Below, in pieces: positions 30,217 to 40,145 of a stretch of DNA of 64,000 nt. Under the pieces are notes generated by a model. That model worked only from the letters and a program-made list of their open reading frames with translations. It was not told the DNA's origin and made no database searches. The DNA lies in assembly GCA_945896925.1 (NCBI GenBank), contig CAMDEV010000001.1, positions 450-64,449 of the forward strand, read 5' to 3'. The first letter of the stretch is position 1. Each line of letters starts with the position of its first letter. The DNA comes from Auritidibacter sp. Marseille-P8566 (lineage in GTDB: Bacteria > Actinomycetota > Actinomycetes > Actinomycetales > Microbacteriaceae). A program made the position numbers and the translations under genes.

Positions 30217-31428
30217 TTACTGCAAGAAGTCTGGGATGTCTAAACCATCGTCAAAACGGTTAGCAGGCTTTGGTTGTGCGTAAACAGGTGGAGCTTGCTC
30301 TTCCTCATCCTCTTCGTCATAGTTTGATGCAGTTGGAACAGCAGTCACTGTTGCGGTGTTGCCTGCAAACCAAGATGGAACATCTGCTGGCTCTTCTGCA
30401 ACTTCTCCAACTGTCTCAACGATTGCAATCGGACCTGAGCTAGGCGCTGTGAAACCGTTGCTGCGATAGGCAGGTCTAGGAGCTACCTCATCAAAGCCAG
30501 CACCAATTACAGTCACGCGCATCTCATCACCCAAGGTGTTATCGATTGATGTACCGAAGATGATGTTTGCAGTTGGGTGAACAACTTCCTGGATAAGTTT
30601 CGCTGCGTCGTTTACTTCCTTCAGCTTCATGTTTGAAGCTGCAGCAAACTGAATGAGAACTCCGCGTGCGTTGTCAATGCTGCTTTCAAGAAGTGGGTGG
30701 TTGATAGCTTGTTCGGCAGCGCGCATTGCACGATCTTCACCCTTGGCAATACCAATACCCATAAGTGCTGTTCCGGCACCCTGCATTACAGACTTAACGT
30801 CTGCGAAGTCAAGGTTGATGAAACCTGGTTCAGTAATCAAATCTGAGATTCCCTGAACACCAGCACGAAGAACATCATCGGCCATGCTGAAAGCGTCAGG
30901 AAGGCTAAGCTCTGAATCGTTTAGGTCAATGAGTTTTTGGTTAGGAACGATGATCAGAGTGTCGACTTCTGCACGAAGCGCATCGATTCCAGCCTGTGCG
31001 TTCTCTGCTCTGCGACGACCTTCAAAGTTAAATGGACGGCTAACCACACCAACTGTTAGAGCACCGCTCTGCTTGGCAATTCTTGCAACTACAGGTGCAG
31101 CACCAGTTCCAGTACCACCACCTTCACCAGCAGACACAAATACCATGTCGGCTCCGCGAAGGACTTCAGCAATTTCATCGACGTGAGCTTCGGCAGCCAA
31201 GCGACCAACTTCAGGATCTGCTCCTGCACCCAGGCTCTTTGTGCTGTCCCCACCAATTTCAAGCTTGACGTGAGCTTCTGACTTGAGTAGGTCCTGTCCA
31301 TCGGTGTTGATTGCGATGAATTCGACTCCGCGCAAGCCCTTCTCGATCATCTGGTTGACAGCGTTACCACCTGCACCACCGACACCGACGACCTTGATTA
31401 CAGCTAAGAAGTTCACTGGGTCTGACAT
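30217..31428 (-). CDS. ftsZ: Cell division protein FtsZ
   Basis: GGGTGTG tubulin signature, INLDFADV, C-terminal LDIPDFL. Confidence 0.97.
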   Translation of the reverse strand: MSDPVNFLAVIKVVGVGGAGGNAVNQMIEKGLRGVEFIAINTDGQDLLKSEAHVKLEIGGDSTKSLGAGADPEVGRLAAEAHVDEIAEVLRGADMVFVSAGEGGGTGTGAAPVVARIAKQSGALTVGVVSRPFNFEGRRRAENAQAGIDALRAEVDTLIIVPNQKLIDLNDSELSLPDAFSMADDVLRAGVQGISDLITEPGFINLDFADVKSVMQGAGTALMGIGIAKGEDRAMRAAEQAINHPLLESSIDNARGVLIQFAAASNMKLKEVNDAAKLIQEVVHPTANIIFGTSIDNTLGDEMRVTVIGAGFDEVAPRPAYRSNGFTAPSSGPIAIVETVGEVAEEPADVPSWFAGNTATVTAVPTASNYDEEDEEEQAPPVYAQPKPANRFDDGLDIPDFLQ

Positions 31429-31457
31429 TATTTTTTCCTCCGGGTTACCTAGATTTG

Positions 31458-31488
31458 TTTAACCTTAAACCTCCAGTTGAAGGTTAAA
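31458..31488. promoter_or_regulatory. FtsR-type palindromic operator upstream of ftsZ
   Basis: TTTAACCTTAAACCTCCAGTTGAAGGTTAAA with perfect 9-bp outer arms; resembles the ftsZ-promoter palindrome bound by Corynebacterium FtsR; an ftsR homologue is in this window. Confidence 0.75.
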
Positions 31489-31555
31489 GAAACTAAACAA
31501 ATGCTCTAGCGCCAAAAAACTAAACGCTAAGGAGGAGAAAGTCGCGTAGGTATAG

Positions 31556-31564
31556 CGGTGTGTC
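31556..31564 (-). promoter_or_regulatory. WhiA-type GACAC box upstream of ftsZ
   Basis: Minus strand GACACACCG, upstream of a TAGCGT -10 candidate (31529-31524). Confidence 0.5.
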
Positions 31565-31573
31565 TAACAGAAG

Positions 31574-32425
31574 TTAATTGATAACGCTCGGAGTCAAAGG
31601 AGAGGAAACATCGTAGGTAGCTCTGACCTTGGTAGAGGTCTTGAGCAAAAGAGTCTTTAGGACCTTTGACTTCAAAATTGAATCCGATGAGTCTCCCCAG
31701 ATAACAGTTTGACCAGCTGCTCCCCTGAGTCTTAAGGTGACGTTATCTCTGGTTTTAGCTTGGATGTATGCAACTCGATCCAAGAGTTGCAGAGGTAAAG
31801 CCAAAATTACATCGATGGCCTGACGATAGGTCGGTGAATCTTTAGGGTTACCGGTGACAATGACGGTTGGCAACAGCTCAGACCCTGAAGCCGGACCTAG
31901 CTGCACGCCCGCTGGGTCATATAGATACTGAACTCCACCGCTAACAACAATTGCAATAGGAGTTCGTTCAGTTAGTCTCACCTCTAAAGTGTGTGGTGGA
32001 CGACTGACCAGAGCAATGCTCTCAATTACTGGGAAGCCTTTTAGATCTCTAGCAACAGACTCTTCGCTGATTGTTGGTAGCGGAGTCCCGACATACTTCT
32101 TCAATATCTTTAGCACCTGCTTCTCAGATACCCGTGATTCGCCTGAAACGACAATCTTGTCGATGGCCAGGATTGGAGTGAAGGTAGTTGCAAGCACTAA
32201 CGCAATTAGAAAGGCAAGGCTTGCGAGAATTGCTCTCTTGAAATATTTACCGGTGGGATTCTCTTTAGTGAATCTTCTGACTTCTCTTTTAGAAGTTCTA
32301 CTTTGTCCAACTCTAGAAAGCTTTGATTTAAGTGGAACAGAAGTCTTCTTTACTTTCTTAATCTTGTTGGGCTTCGAAGAGGCTTTACCGGTTGGACTGG
32401 AATAACGATTCTTAGGGCGTTGCAT
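31574..32425 (-). CDS. ftsQ: Cell division protein FtsQ/DivIB
   Basis: Basic N-terminus, single TM, POTRA domain, ERTP, YDVSSP; ATG at 32425 just after the murC stop. Confidence 0.88.
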   Translation of the reverse strand: MQRPKNRYSSPTGKASSKPNKIKKVKKTSVPLKSKLSRVGQSRTSKREVRRFTKENPTGKYFKRAILASLAFLIALVLATTFTPILAIDKIVVSGESRVSEKQVLKILKKYVGTPLPTISEESVARDLKGFPVIESIALVSRPPHTLEVRLTERTPIAIVVSGGVQYLYDPAGVQLGPASGSELLPTVIVTGNPKDSPTYRQAIDVILALPLQLLDRVAYIQAKTRDNVTLRLRGAAGQTVIWGDSSDSILKSKVLKTLLLKTSTKVRATYDVSSPLTPSVIN

Positions 32426-32427
32426 TA

Positions 32428-33819
32428 TTAGTTCTCTAACGCCTTCAAGATTCCTGGCACCTGTCGATACACATCCCCACAACCCATAGTGACAATAAAG
32501 TCACCTGATTTGGCAAGATCTGCAGCAACTTTGGCAACTTCATCCCAGTTCGGCACATAGTGCATTCTGTCTTGATCGCTAAATGCATCGGCAATCAGAG
32601 CACCGGTAACACCTGGTTCGGGATCCTCTCTAGCTGCATAGATGTCTAAGACGACGACTTCGTCGCTTGCAGCGAGTGCTTCAGCAAATTCTTTTGCAAA
32701 CAATCTGGTGCGACTGTATAGATGAGGTTGGAAGACTGTAATCAGACGACCCTCTCCAACAACCGCCCTTGCACCCTTTAGAGCTGCAGTAACTTCTGTT
32801 GGGTGATGAGCGAAGTCATCAAATACTTTGACTCCCCTGAATTCACCATGAAGTTCGAATCTGCGCTCTGTGCCACCAAATGTTGCGATAGCAGCCAACA
32901 CAGCCTGAGGCTCAAAACCAAGCCCTACCAAAACAGCAAACGCTCCGGCCGCATTAATTGCATTGTGTTCTCCAGCAACCTGAAGAGTTGCCGAATACAT
33001 ATTGCCTTCATAAACAATGTTGAAGCTAACCTGGGGTCCCGTTGAATCAACATCGGTGAGGCAAACTTCTGCATTGTTTGCTAAACCAAAACGAATAACT
33101 CTTTTATCTTTTATTCCAGCGGTGACTCTAACTGCACCTGGATCATCAGAACTAATAACGACAAAGTCGGTAGCGGAATTTGCGAATCTAGCGAATTCAG
33201 CTTCGAAGTTCTCTAAAGAGCCATAATGGTCCAGGTGATCTGGATCTACGTTTGTAATCAAAGCCACTGCAGTTTTGTAGTGCAGAAAAGAACCATCAGA
33301 CTCATCTGCCTCAATAACGAACAGCTCTGATCTGCCACTCTCGGCAGATGAACCATATGCTGCAATAACTCCACCGTTTACGAAACTAGGGTCCTCTCCC
33401 AATGCTCTAAGGCCGGTGACAACCATGCCAGTGCTCGTAGTCTTACCGTGCGCACCAGCAACTGAAATCAGCTTCTTACCTTCGGTCAAATATTTCAAAG
33501 CTTGAGATCTGTGCAAGATTGGAAGCTTTAGTTCCTGAGCTAGAACATACTCTGGGTTAGTTGGCCACAAAGCAGAGGTGACCACCACTGTGTCACAGTC
33601 TCCAAGGTTCTTAGCATCGTGACCGATGTTGACTACCGCGCCAAGTTTTCTAAGCTCCGTGATGTTATTTGACTCACGAACATCGCTGCCGGTTACATTG
33701 TGCCCTGAGTTGATGAGCATCCTGGCAATACCGCTCATGCCAGAACCGCCAATGCCAATGAAGTGCACTTTGCCGAGGTCGGCAGGAACACTTTGGCTGT
33801 AATCAGGCTTGATGGTCAT
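32428..33819 (-). CDS. murC: UDP-N-acetylmuramate--amino acid ligase MurC
   Basis: [40 protein letters not shown]. Confidence 0.96.
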   Translation of the reverse strand: MTIKPDYSQSVPADLGKVHFIGIGGSGMSGIARMLINSGHNVTGSDVRESNNITELRKLGAVVNIGHDAKNLGDCDTVVVTSALWPTNPEYVLAQELKLPILHRSQALKYLTEGKKLISVAGAHGKTTSTGMVVTGLRALGEDPSFVNGGVIAAYGSSAESGRSELFVIEADESDGSFLHYKTAVALITNVDPDHLDHYGSLENFEAEFARFANSATDFVVISSDDPGAVRVTAGIKDKRVIRFGLANNAEVCLTDVDSTGPQVSFNIVYEGNMYSATLQVAGEHNAINAAGAFAVLVGLGFEPQAVLAAIATFGGTERRFELHGEFRGVKVFDDFAHHPTEVTAALKGARAVVGEGRLITVFQPHLYSRTRLFAKEFAEALAASDEVVVLDIYAAREDPEPGVTGALIADAFSDQDRMHYVPNWDEVAKVAADLAKSGDFIVTMGCGDVYRQVPGILKALEN

Positions 33820-33871
33820 TATTTCCTAAGGTTTGCTTTCAAGACTAGGTTCGCTTTGGAAACCAGACCCT

Positions 33872-34939
33872 CTACAACACGCCATTTACTAGGCGCAGAA
33901 GTTCAGAAGAGCCATCAGATATACCAACCGATTTAGCCTTAGCGTTCATTTCATTGATCAACTTCTTATTGCTCAATAGAGGTATGAGGGTCGAAGCAAC
34001 ATATTCTGTGTTGAAGTCAGCATCATTAACCAATAGTGCGCCACCTGCTCTAACTACCTGTTCAGCGTTTAGCTTCTGTTCACCGTTTCCAACTGGATAT
34101 GGAACAAAGATTGCTGGGAGCCCAACTGCCGAGAACTCGGAGACTGTGGCCGCTCCTGATCTGGCAACGGCGAAGTCTGCTGCCGCGATAGCAAGTTCCA
34201 TCCTTGAGCAATAAGTTAATCTGCGATAGGTGCCTTCACTGACATCTTCTAAACCAGCTCTGTCTCCGACAATGTGAATGACCTGAATACCGGCAGCATC
34301 CAGAAGTGTTCGTGACTGTTCAATAGTTTCGTTGATACGTTTAGCACCTAGCGAACCTCCGGTTACAAGCAATGTTGTCAGCTTTGAATCTAGGTTAAAG
34401 AACTGATTTGCTTCAAAACGATGGTCAATCTTGGTTAGCTCTACTATCTCTTTACGCAGTGGCATCCCGGTGAGCGTGGCGTTAGGGAGTTTAGTATTTG
34501 GGAAAGTCACTGCAACTGCTGCTGCCTTTCTTGCACCAACACGATTGGCGTAGCCAGGTAAAGAATTGGCTTCGTGAACAACGTATGGGATATTTAGGGC
34601 TTTTGCTGCTCGATATGCTGGAGCGCTGGCGTAACCACCGAAACCAACCACAACATCGATGTGATGTTCAGTAATGTATCGCTTTACCTGATCAACAGCC
34701 TTTTGGAATTTCATGGGGAAAGTCAACGCATAACCGTTTAGTTTTCTAGGCATTGGCAATCGCTCAACAAATAGCAACTCGAAGCCGCGCTCCGGGACGA
34801 GTCTTGACTCCAAACCTTCTCTAGTACCCAAAGCCCAGACTCTATGTTCACCCGCCTGAGACATTATCTCTTCAGCCAGCGAGAGCAAAGGGTTCACGTG
34901 CCCTGCTGTGCCACCACCGGCTAAAAGATAGTTGGTCAT
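33872..34939 (-). CDS. murG: Lipid I GlcNAc transferase MurG
   Basis: GGGTAGH, GGY, HEAN, GGSLGA, RSGA, GEQ. Confidence 0.96.
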   Translation of the reverse strand: MTNYLLAGGGTAGHVNPLLSLAEEIMSQAGEHRVWALGTREGLESRLVPERGFELLFVERLPMPRKLNGYALTFPMKFQKAVDQVKRYITEHHIDVVVGFGGYASAPAYRAAKALNIPYVVHEANSLPGYANRVGARKAAAVAVTFPNTKLPNATLTGMPLRKEIVELTKIDHRFEANQFFNLDSKLTTLLVTGGSLGAKRINETIEQSRTLLDAAGIQVIHIVGDRAGLEDVSEGTYRRLTYCSRMELAIAAADFAVARSGAATVSEFSAVGLPAIFVPYPVGNGEQKLNAEQVVRAGGALLVNDADFNTEYVASTLIPLLSNKKLINEMNAKAKSVGISDGSSELLRLVNGVL

Positions 34940-36162
34940 TTTCTTCGCGATCTGGAGGTGGTTGGGGTAGAAACTCTTTCAAAAGCAAGAACAACACCGA
35001 GAGCCATAAGTATGGCGACGATTGATGAACCACCTTTGGAAATCAAAGGTAATGGCACTCCGAGAGTTGGCAGCAGGTTGAGAACCACTGCGATGTTAAC
35101 TAGAGCTTGCACAACTATCCACAGCATCACACCAATGGCAGCCATCGATGCGAACGGGTAACTGTTGTTCAAGGCAATTCTGCGAATAAATAAACCAAGC
35201 ATAAGGAAGCAGATGAGCACGACAATCGCGCCCAGCATTCCCCATTCTTCGCCGATGTTTGCATAGATAAAGTCATTCTCGACTTCAGGAATCCAACCCC
35301 AGTTTAAAGTTGAGTTACCTGGCCCAACGCCAAAGACTCCGCCGTTTGCTAAGGCCCAGATTCCGTGCTGGACCTGCCAGTCAGCACCATCAATATCCGA
35401 TTGACCCTGGAGGAAGAAGGAAATGATGCGGTTAATTCTCGAGGTGTTGGCTAATGAACCGAATAGCCCACCGAGAAGTGTTAGACCAATTAGTTTTCCT
35501 AGGTGGTTCCAAGGCATACCGGAGAGCATACTCATCCCGAGAATGATAATGATGAAAATTACGGCAGTTCCCATGTCTTTTGAGGTTCCATACACCAGCA
35601 GAGTTGCACCAAAACCATAGGCAAGAACTTGCTTTGTCCCCGTGTGAAAATTCCAAAGCTCATCTTTGTATTTACCCAAAATGTGGGCCAACATCAAAAT
35701 CACTCCAAGTTTCAAGAATTCAGATGGTTGGAGAGTTAGACCAAAAACTCTAATCCAGTTTGTATTACCACCAACCGCAACACCAAGGCCAGGCACAAGA
35801 ACTCCAAGTTGAAGGATAAACCCTCCCCAAAATGCCAATCTGCTGATGCTCTCCAGCCAATCGACAGATCTCGTCGAGAGGAAAATCATTAGAAGTAATC
35901 CAAGCAATGCGAAAGATAGCTGGCTCTCTAAACCACCAAAGGGGTTACCGCTCTCCTTGATTTCAACAACGTTAGAAGATGAGAGCACGGTGATCAATCC
36001 AAAACCAACAAGCAGAACAATCAACATCACTAGACGATAGAAAAGGTTGCTCTGATGTAAGAAGTATCGGTCGAACAACGCTACAGAAGAGCGCACAGGA
36101 GATCTAAAGAATAGGCCTATTGCGCTTGACTCCCTGGTTGCTCTCTTTTCATTTCTAGCCAT
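34936..36162 (-). CDS. ftsW: SEDS peptidoglycan glycosyltransferase FtsW
   Basis: LQPSEFLK, IGEEWG, GVPLPLISKGGSS, multiple TMs; start uncertain (36162 or 36186). Confidence 0.93.
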   Translation of the reverse strand: MARNEKRATRESSAIGLFFRSPVRSSVALFDRYFLHQSNLFYRLVMLIVLLVGFGLITVLSSSNVVEIKESGNPFGGLESQLSFALLGLLLMIFLSTRSVDWLESISRLAFWGGFILQLGVLVPGLGVAVGGNTNWIRVFGLTLQPSEFLKLGVILMLAHILGKYKDELWNFHTGTKQVLAYGFGATLLVYGTSKDMGTAVIFIIIILGMSMLSGMPWNHLGKLIGLTLLGGLFGSLANTSRINRIISFFLQGQSDIDGADWQVQHGIWALANGGVFGVGPGNSTLNWGWIPEVENDFIYANIGEEWGMLGAIVVLICFLMLGLFIRRIALNNSYPFASMAAIGVMLWIVVQALVNIAVVLNLLPTLGVPLPLISKGGSSIVAILMALGVVLAFERVSTPTTSRSRRK

Positions 36163-37621
36163 TAGTGTTTCTAACCCCTTGTTCAATTGCCTTTACAAAG
36201 GCAGTACCTCGGTCTGCGTAATCGATGAATTGATCCATCGAAGCTGCTGCTGGTGCCAGGAGGACCACATCGCCTGAAACTGCATGTGTTTTTGCGATAT
36301 CAATCACCGCATTCATCACTGACTCTTTTGAATCAGTGATCTCAACAAAAGGAATATTTGGAGCCATAGTTCTAAATGCCTCAACCACCGGTTCCCGGTC
36401 AACACCGACGATTATTGCGAACTTGATTCTCGCTGAATATTTCTCAACCAGTGGGGCGATGTCAACACCTTTTAGTAAACCGCCGACTATCCAAATAACC
36501 GAATCAAAGCTTGCCAGTGCAGCTGCGGCAGCATGTGGGTTAGTAGCCTTAGAGTCATCAATCCAGCGAATACCGTCTTGGTCAAGGACTAGCTCAATTC
36601 TGTGAGCGTCAAGCGTAAATCCTTGCAAGGCGTTCTGTATTTCTAATGGTTGAACTCCGACAGCTCTTGCCATCGCTGCAGCTGCAGCGACGTTCGCCAT
36701 TAGATGTGGGCTAATTACCGGAATCTTCTTCAAGTCAGCGAAAGTTGCAAGTTCTTGAGCTTCCGAAGGGTCATCAATAAACGCTCTATCAACCAGAATG
36801 TCTTCAACCCAACCAATTTCGTTTGGCATCGGAGTGTTTACTGTGAAGCCAACTGCCTGAGCATTCTCAGTTCCGTGGGACTTAGAAACCAGTTTCTCTG
36901 TTACTGAATCCCCTGCGTTATAGACGCAGCAGATGCTTGTGTTGTTGTATATCTTCGCTTTGGCTTCGGTGTATGCCTCAAGCGATCCGTGCCAGTCCAA
37001 GTGGTCATCTGCGATATTGAGCACAGCACTCACAATCGGTGCTAGCTCATTTTGATAGTGCAATTGAAAACTACTCAGTTCCACTACTAAAACTTCAAAT
37101 GCTGCTGGGTCTCTAACAACGTCCAGAATTGGTGTTCCGATATTGCCACAGGCTACCGCTCTGATGCCGGCAGATATGAGCATTGCTTCTACTAACTGGG
37201 TGACAGTTGTTTTACCGTTGGTTCCAGTAACGCAGATCCAGTTGGATGGCATTCCGTGCTTGTCTCTAAGCCGCCAAGCTAAATCAATGTCTGTCCAGAC
37301 CTGTGCTCCGAGAGCAGTTGCTTCTGCAAGCAATGGCCTCTCCGGTCTAATGCCGGGAGACACAATTAGTAACTCTGGGTTGAAAGAATTTAAACGGTCA
37401 AGTTGAATTTGCTCTTCGGCACCGACTAAGGCCTCAACTCCTAAAACTTCAAGGACTTCGAGTAACTTCTCATCGGCTTTATCGGCCACTACTAAAACTC
37501 TTGCGCCAAGCTCATGCAATGTGTCTGCTGCAGAGAACCCTGAAACCCCGAGACCGTAAACCACAACTCTAAGTTCTGACCAATCAGAGCTCCAACTGGT
37601 CAACTCATCTAACTTCTTCAT
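36155..37621 (-). CDS. murD: UDP-MurNAc-peptide--D-glutamate ligase MurD
   Basis: GLGVSG, TGTNGKTT, ELSSFQL, DDSKATN, LAPAAASMDQF; ATGA overlap with mraY. Confidence 0.96.
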   Translation of the reverse strand: MKKLDELTSWSSDWSELRVVVYGLGVSGFSAADTLHELGARVLVVADKADEKLLEVLEVLGVEALVGAEEQIQLDRLNSFNPELLIVSPGIRPERPLLAEATALGAQVWTDIDLAWRLRDKHGMPSNWICVTGTNGKTTVTQLVEAMLISAGIRAVACGNIGTPILDVVRDPAAFEVLVVELSSFQLHYQNELAPIVSAVLNIADDHLDWHGSLEAYTEAKAKIYNNTSICCVYNAGDSVTEKLVSKSHGTENAQAVGFTVNTPMPNEIGWVEDILVDRAFIDDPSEAQELATFADLKKIPVISPHLMANVAAAAAMARAVGVQPLEIQNALQGFTLDAHRIELVLDQDGIRWIDDSKATNPHAAAAALASFDSVIWIVGGLLKGVDIAPLVEKYSARIKFAIIVGVDREPVVEAFRTMAPNIPFVEITDSKESVMNAVIDIAKTHAVSGDVVLLAPAAASMDQFIDYADRGTAFVKAIEQGVRNTNG

Positions 37622-38748
37622 GTCAACGAACCGTAGATCCACTCAACATAGAACAAACCAATACCTGCTAGGCAAAGAAGCCCACAAATAATCCAGAATC
37701 TAACCACCACTGTCACTTCGTTCCAACCCTTTTCTTCAAAGTGGTGATGCAAAGGACTATTTAAGAAAATTCTTTTTGGTTTACCAGTTATGGCTCGAGA
37801 TATCTTGAAAACACTTCGCTGCAAAATGACAGACCCCGCTGAAATGGCGAAGAGTCCACCAACAAGCACAAGCAACACTTCGGTTCTTGAAAGAATGGCT
37901 AGCGCTGCAAGCGCACCGCCAAGTCCAAGAGAACCACTATCACCCATGAAGATTTGTGCAGGGTTGGTGTTGAACCATAGGAAACCGATTAGAGCACCCA
38001 CTATTGCTGCGGCGATGACTGCAAGATCTAGAGGGTCTCTGGTGTTGTAGCAGTTTGGGGTGAGATTCGCGATATCGCAGGCTTGGTTAAACTTCCAGAA
38101 ACCAATAACAGCAAACGAACCGATGGACATAATTAGTGATCCAGTTGCTAGACCATCAGCACCGTCAGTTAGGTTCACGCCATTTGAAGTACTCACAACT
38201 AGAAGGAAAATCCAAATCAAGAACGCTGCGATACCGACCCACACTGCAAACTGACCCCAGCTCTCCGGAGCTATCTTGGCGAGGTCAAATCCAGTATCTC
38301 TAAAGATAGATATTTGAGTGGATGCTGGTGTCAATCCGAATAAGTCTTTATCCTGTAAGGCTGCCCAAGCAAAGACACCTGCCACAGCAATCTGACCAAC
38401 AACTTTATATATGCCGCTAAGCCCCGCGGTGTTTTGGCCGCGAACTTTTAAATAGTCATCCAAGAATCCAACTAAGCCAAGACCTACCATCATAAAGATG
38501 ACTAGGTTCGCTGAATAGGTTGGCGGTTCACCGTTGGCAATCTTTGCAACAAAGTAAGCAATCAAAGCGCTGAGAATGATTCCAATTCCACCCATGCTCG
38601 GGGTGCCTCGCTTGATGTGGTGAGTTGAAGGACCGTCAACTCTAATAATCTGACCCCAGCCAATTTTCTTGAACAACCAAATAAGTATTGGAGTCAAGGT
38701 CAACGACAGAATTAAGCCCAATAGTCCTGCAAGTAGAAGTGCTCTCAT
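37618..38748 (-). CDS. mraY: Phospho-N-acetylmuramoyl-pentapeptide transferase
   Basis: GTPSMGG, GFLDD, NLTDG, IFMGD, PLHHHFE. Confidence 0.96.
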   Translation of the reverse strand: MRALLLAGLLGLILSLTLTPILIWLFKKIGWGQIIRVDGPSTHHIKRGTPSMGGIGIILSALIAYFVAKIANGEPPTYSANLVIFMMVGLGLVGFLDDYLKVRGQNTAGLSGIYKVVGQIAVAGVFAWAALQDKDLFGLTPASTQISIFRDTGFDLAKIAPESWGQFAVWVGIAAFLIWIFLLVVSTSNGVNLTDGADGLATGSLIMSIGSFAVIGFWKFNQACDIANLTPNCYNTRDPLDLAVIAAAIVGALIGFLWFNTNPAQIFMGDSGSLGLGGALAALAILSRTEVLLVLVGGLFAISAGSVILQRSVFKISRAITGKPKRIFLNSPLHHHFEEKGWNEVTVVVRFWIICGLLCLAGIGLFYVEWIYGSLT

Positions 38749-40145
38749 TTGTTTTCCTCCAGCAAAGCATCGCCTAAGTAACGAAGATTCGCAGACTTAG
38801 AAGATTTGACTAGGACTATCTCTTCACCTGTAAGCATTTCACGCAGATACTGTTCTGCCTCGTAGATTTGCTCGAAATACTTAGATTCCCCATCCCAAGA
38901 TCCCTCTTGAGTTGCACCCATGTGAATTAGTTTTGCTCCAGCCCCAATCACAACGAGTTGACCTAGGTTTAATCTAACTACAATTCGGCCGATGGCATCG
39001 TGCTCGGTAATCGAATACTCTCCCAGCTCAGCCATCTCCCCCAAAATCGCAACAGTCTTTTTGCCTGTTTGACGTCCAAGCTCAGCAAGAGTCTGAAGTG
39101 CTGCCTTCATTGAATCAGGGCTCGCGTTATAGGCATCGTTGATAACGGTTAGACCGTCTACTCTCCGATGAAGTTCCATTCTCCAGCGTTCAGCGAGAGG
39201 CATAGCCTCAATTGCTTTGATAGCAGTGTCCATATCCAAGTGAAGTTGATCTGCTGTTGCAAGAGCTGCCATTGCATTGAAGACATGGTGCTCACCGAGG
39301 ATTTGTAGTTGAACCTTCTTAGGTTCTCGGTTTGGGCTGTGAAAAAGGAAACCTGTGCCTTCGATTGAACCAGATATTTGAGACGCAAAGTAGTTCGAAT
39401 CTGTTTGTGTTCCAAAGGTTAGTACCTGGGCTTTGGTCACTGACTGCATCTGCATCACGTAAGCATCATCGGCATTCAGCAAAGCAATGGCATCAGCACC
39501 TAGTTCTTCAACCAACTCTGCTTTGATGCTTTGGGTATTTTCAATGCCACCGAATTCGCCAGCATGAGCAAGCCCCACCTTTAGTTCAATACCAATATCT
39601 GGCTGACACATTTGAGCGAGGTACCGAATACTGCCTGGACCGCCAGCTCCCAGTTCAACAACTAGAAACGCGGTGTCTTCACTTATTCGAAGCATCGAAT
39701 AAGGCGCGCCAACTTCATTGTTGTACGACTCTTGAGGAGCAACAGTTGGGCCGAAATGGGAAAGTATATTTCCGAGCATATTCTTTGTAGTTGTCTTTCC
39801 GTTAGATCCAGTAACGCCTACAACTTGAAGTTTGCCTTTGGACTTAACCTCGGCGACAACATACTTTGCCAAGGAACCCATAGCTAGGACAACATCTGAA
39901 ACTAAGAGCTGAGGAATATCTGCCGACATTGGACGTTCAACCAATGCCGCTACCGCACCATTCGAGATCGCATCTTCAATAAAGAGGTGCCCGTCCGTCT
40001 CTTCTCCAGGTTTGGCAACAAAGAGAGATCCTGCAGTGACTTTACGAGAATCTGTTTCAACGGAGCCTGTGACTATGACTTCGGCTGAACCGATGAGTTC
40101 AGCAGATACTATTCTTGCTATTTCTAAAGTGGTTAGCTTTAACAT
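38745..40145 (-). CDS. murF: UDP-MurNAc-tripeptide--D-Ala-D-Ala ligase MurF
   Basis: TGSNGKTTTK, NNEVG, NDAYNASP, LGEMAELG. Confidence 0.96.
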   Translation of the reverse strand: MLKLTTLEIARIVSAELIGSAEVIVTGSVETDSRKVTAGSLFVAKPGEETDGHLFIEDAISNGAVAALVERPMSADIPQLLVSDVVLAMGSLAKYVVAEVKSKGKLQVVGVTGSNGKTTTKNMLGNILSHFGPTVAPQESYNNEVGAPYSMLRISEDTAFLVVELGAGGPGSIRYLAQMCQPDIGIELKVGLAHAGEFGGIENTQSIKAELVEELGADAIALLNADDAYVMQMQSVTKAQVLTFGTQTDSNYFASQISGSIEGTGFLFHSPNREPKKVQLQILGEHHVFNAMAALATADQLHLDMDTAIKAIEAMPLAERWRMELHRRVDGLTVINDAYNASPDSMKAALQTLAELGRQTGKKTVAILGEMAELGEYSITEHDAIGRIVVRLNLGQLVVIGAGAKLIHMGATQEGSWDGESKYFEQIYEAEQYLREMLTGEEIVLVKSSKSANLRYLGDALLEENK

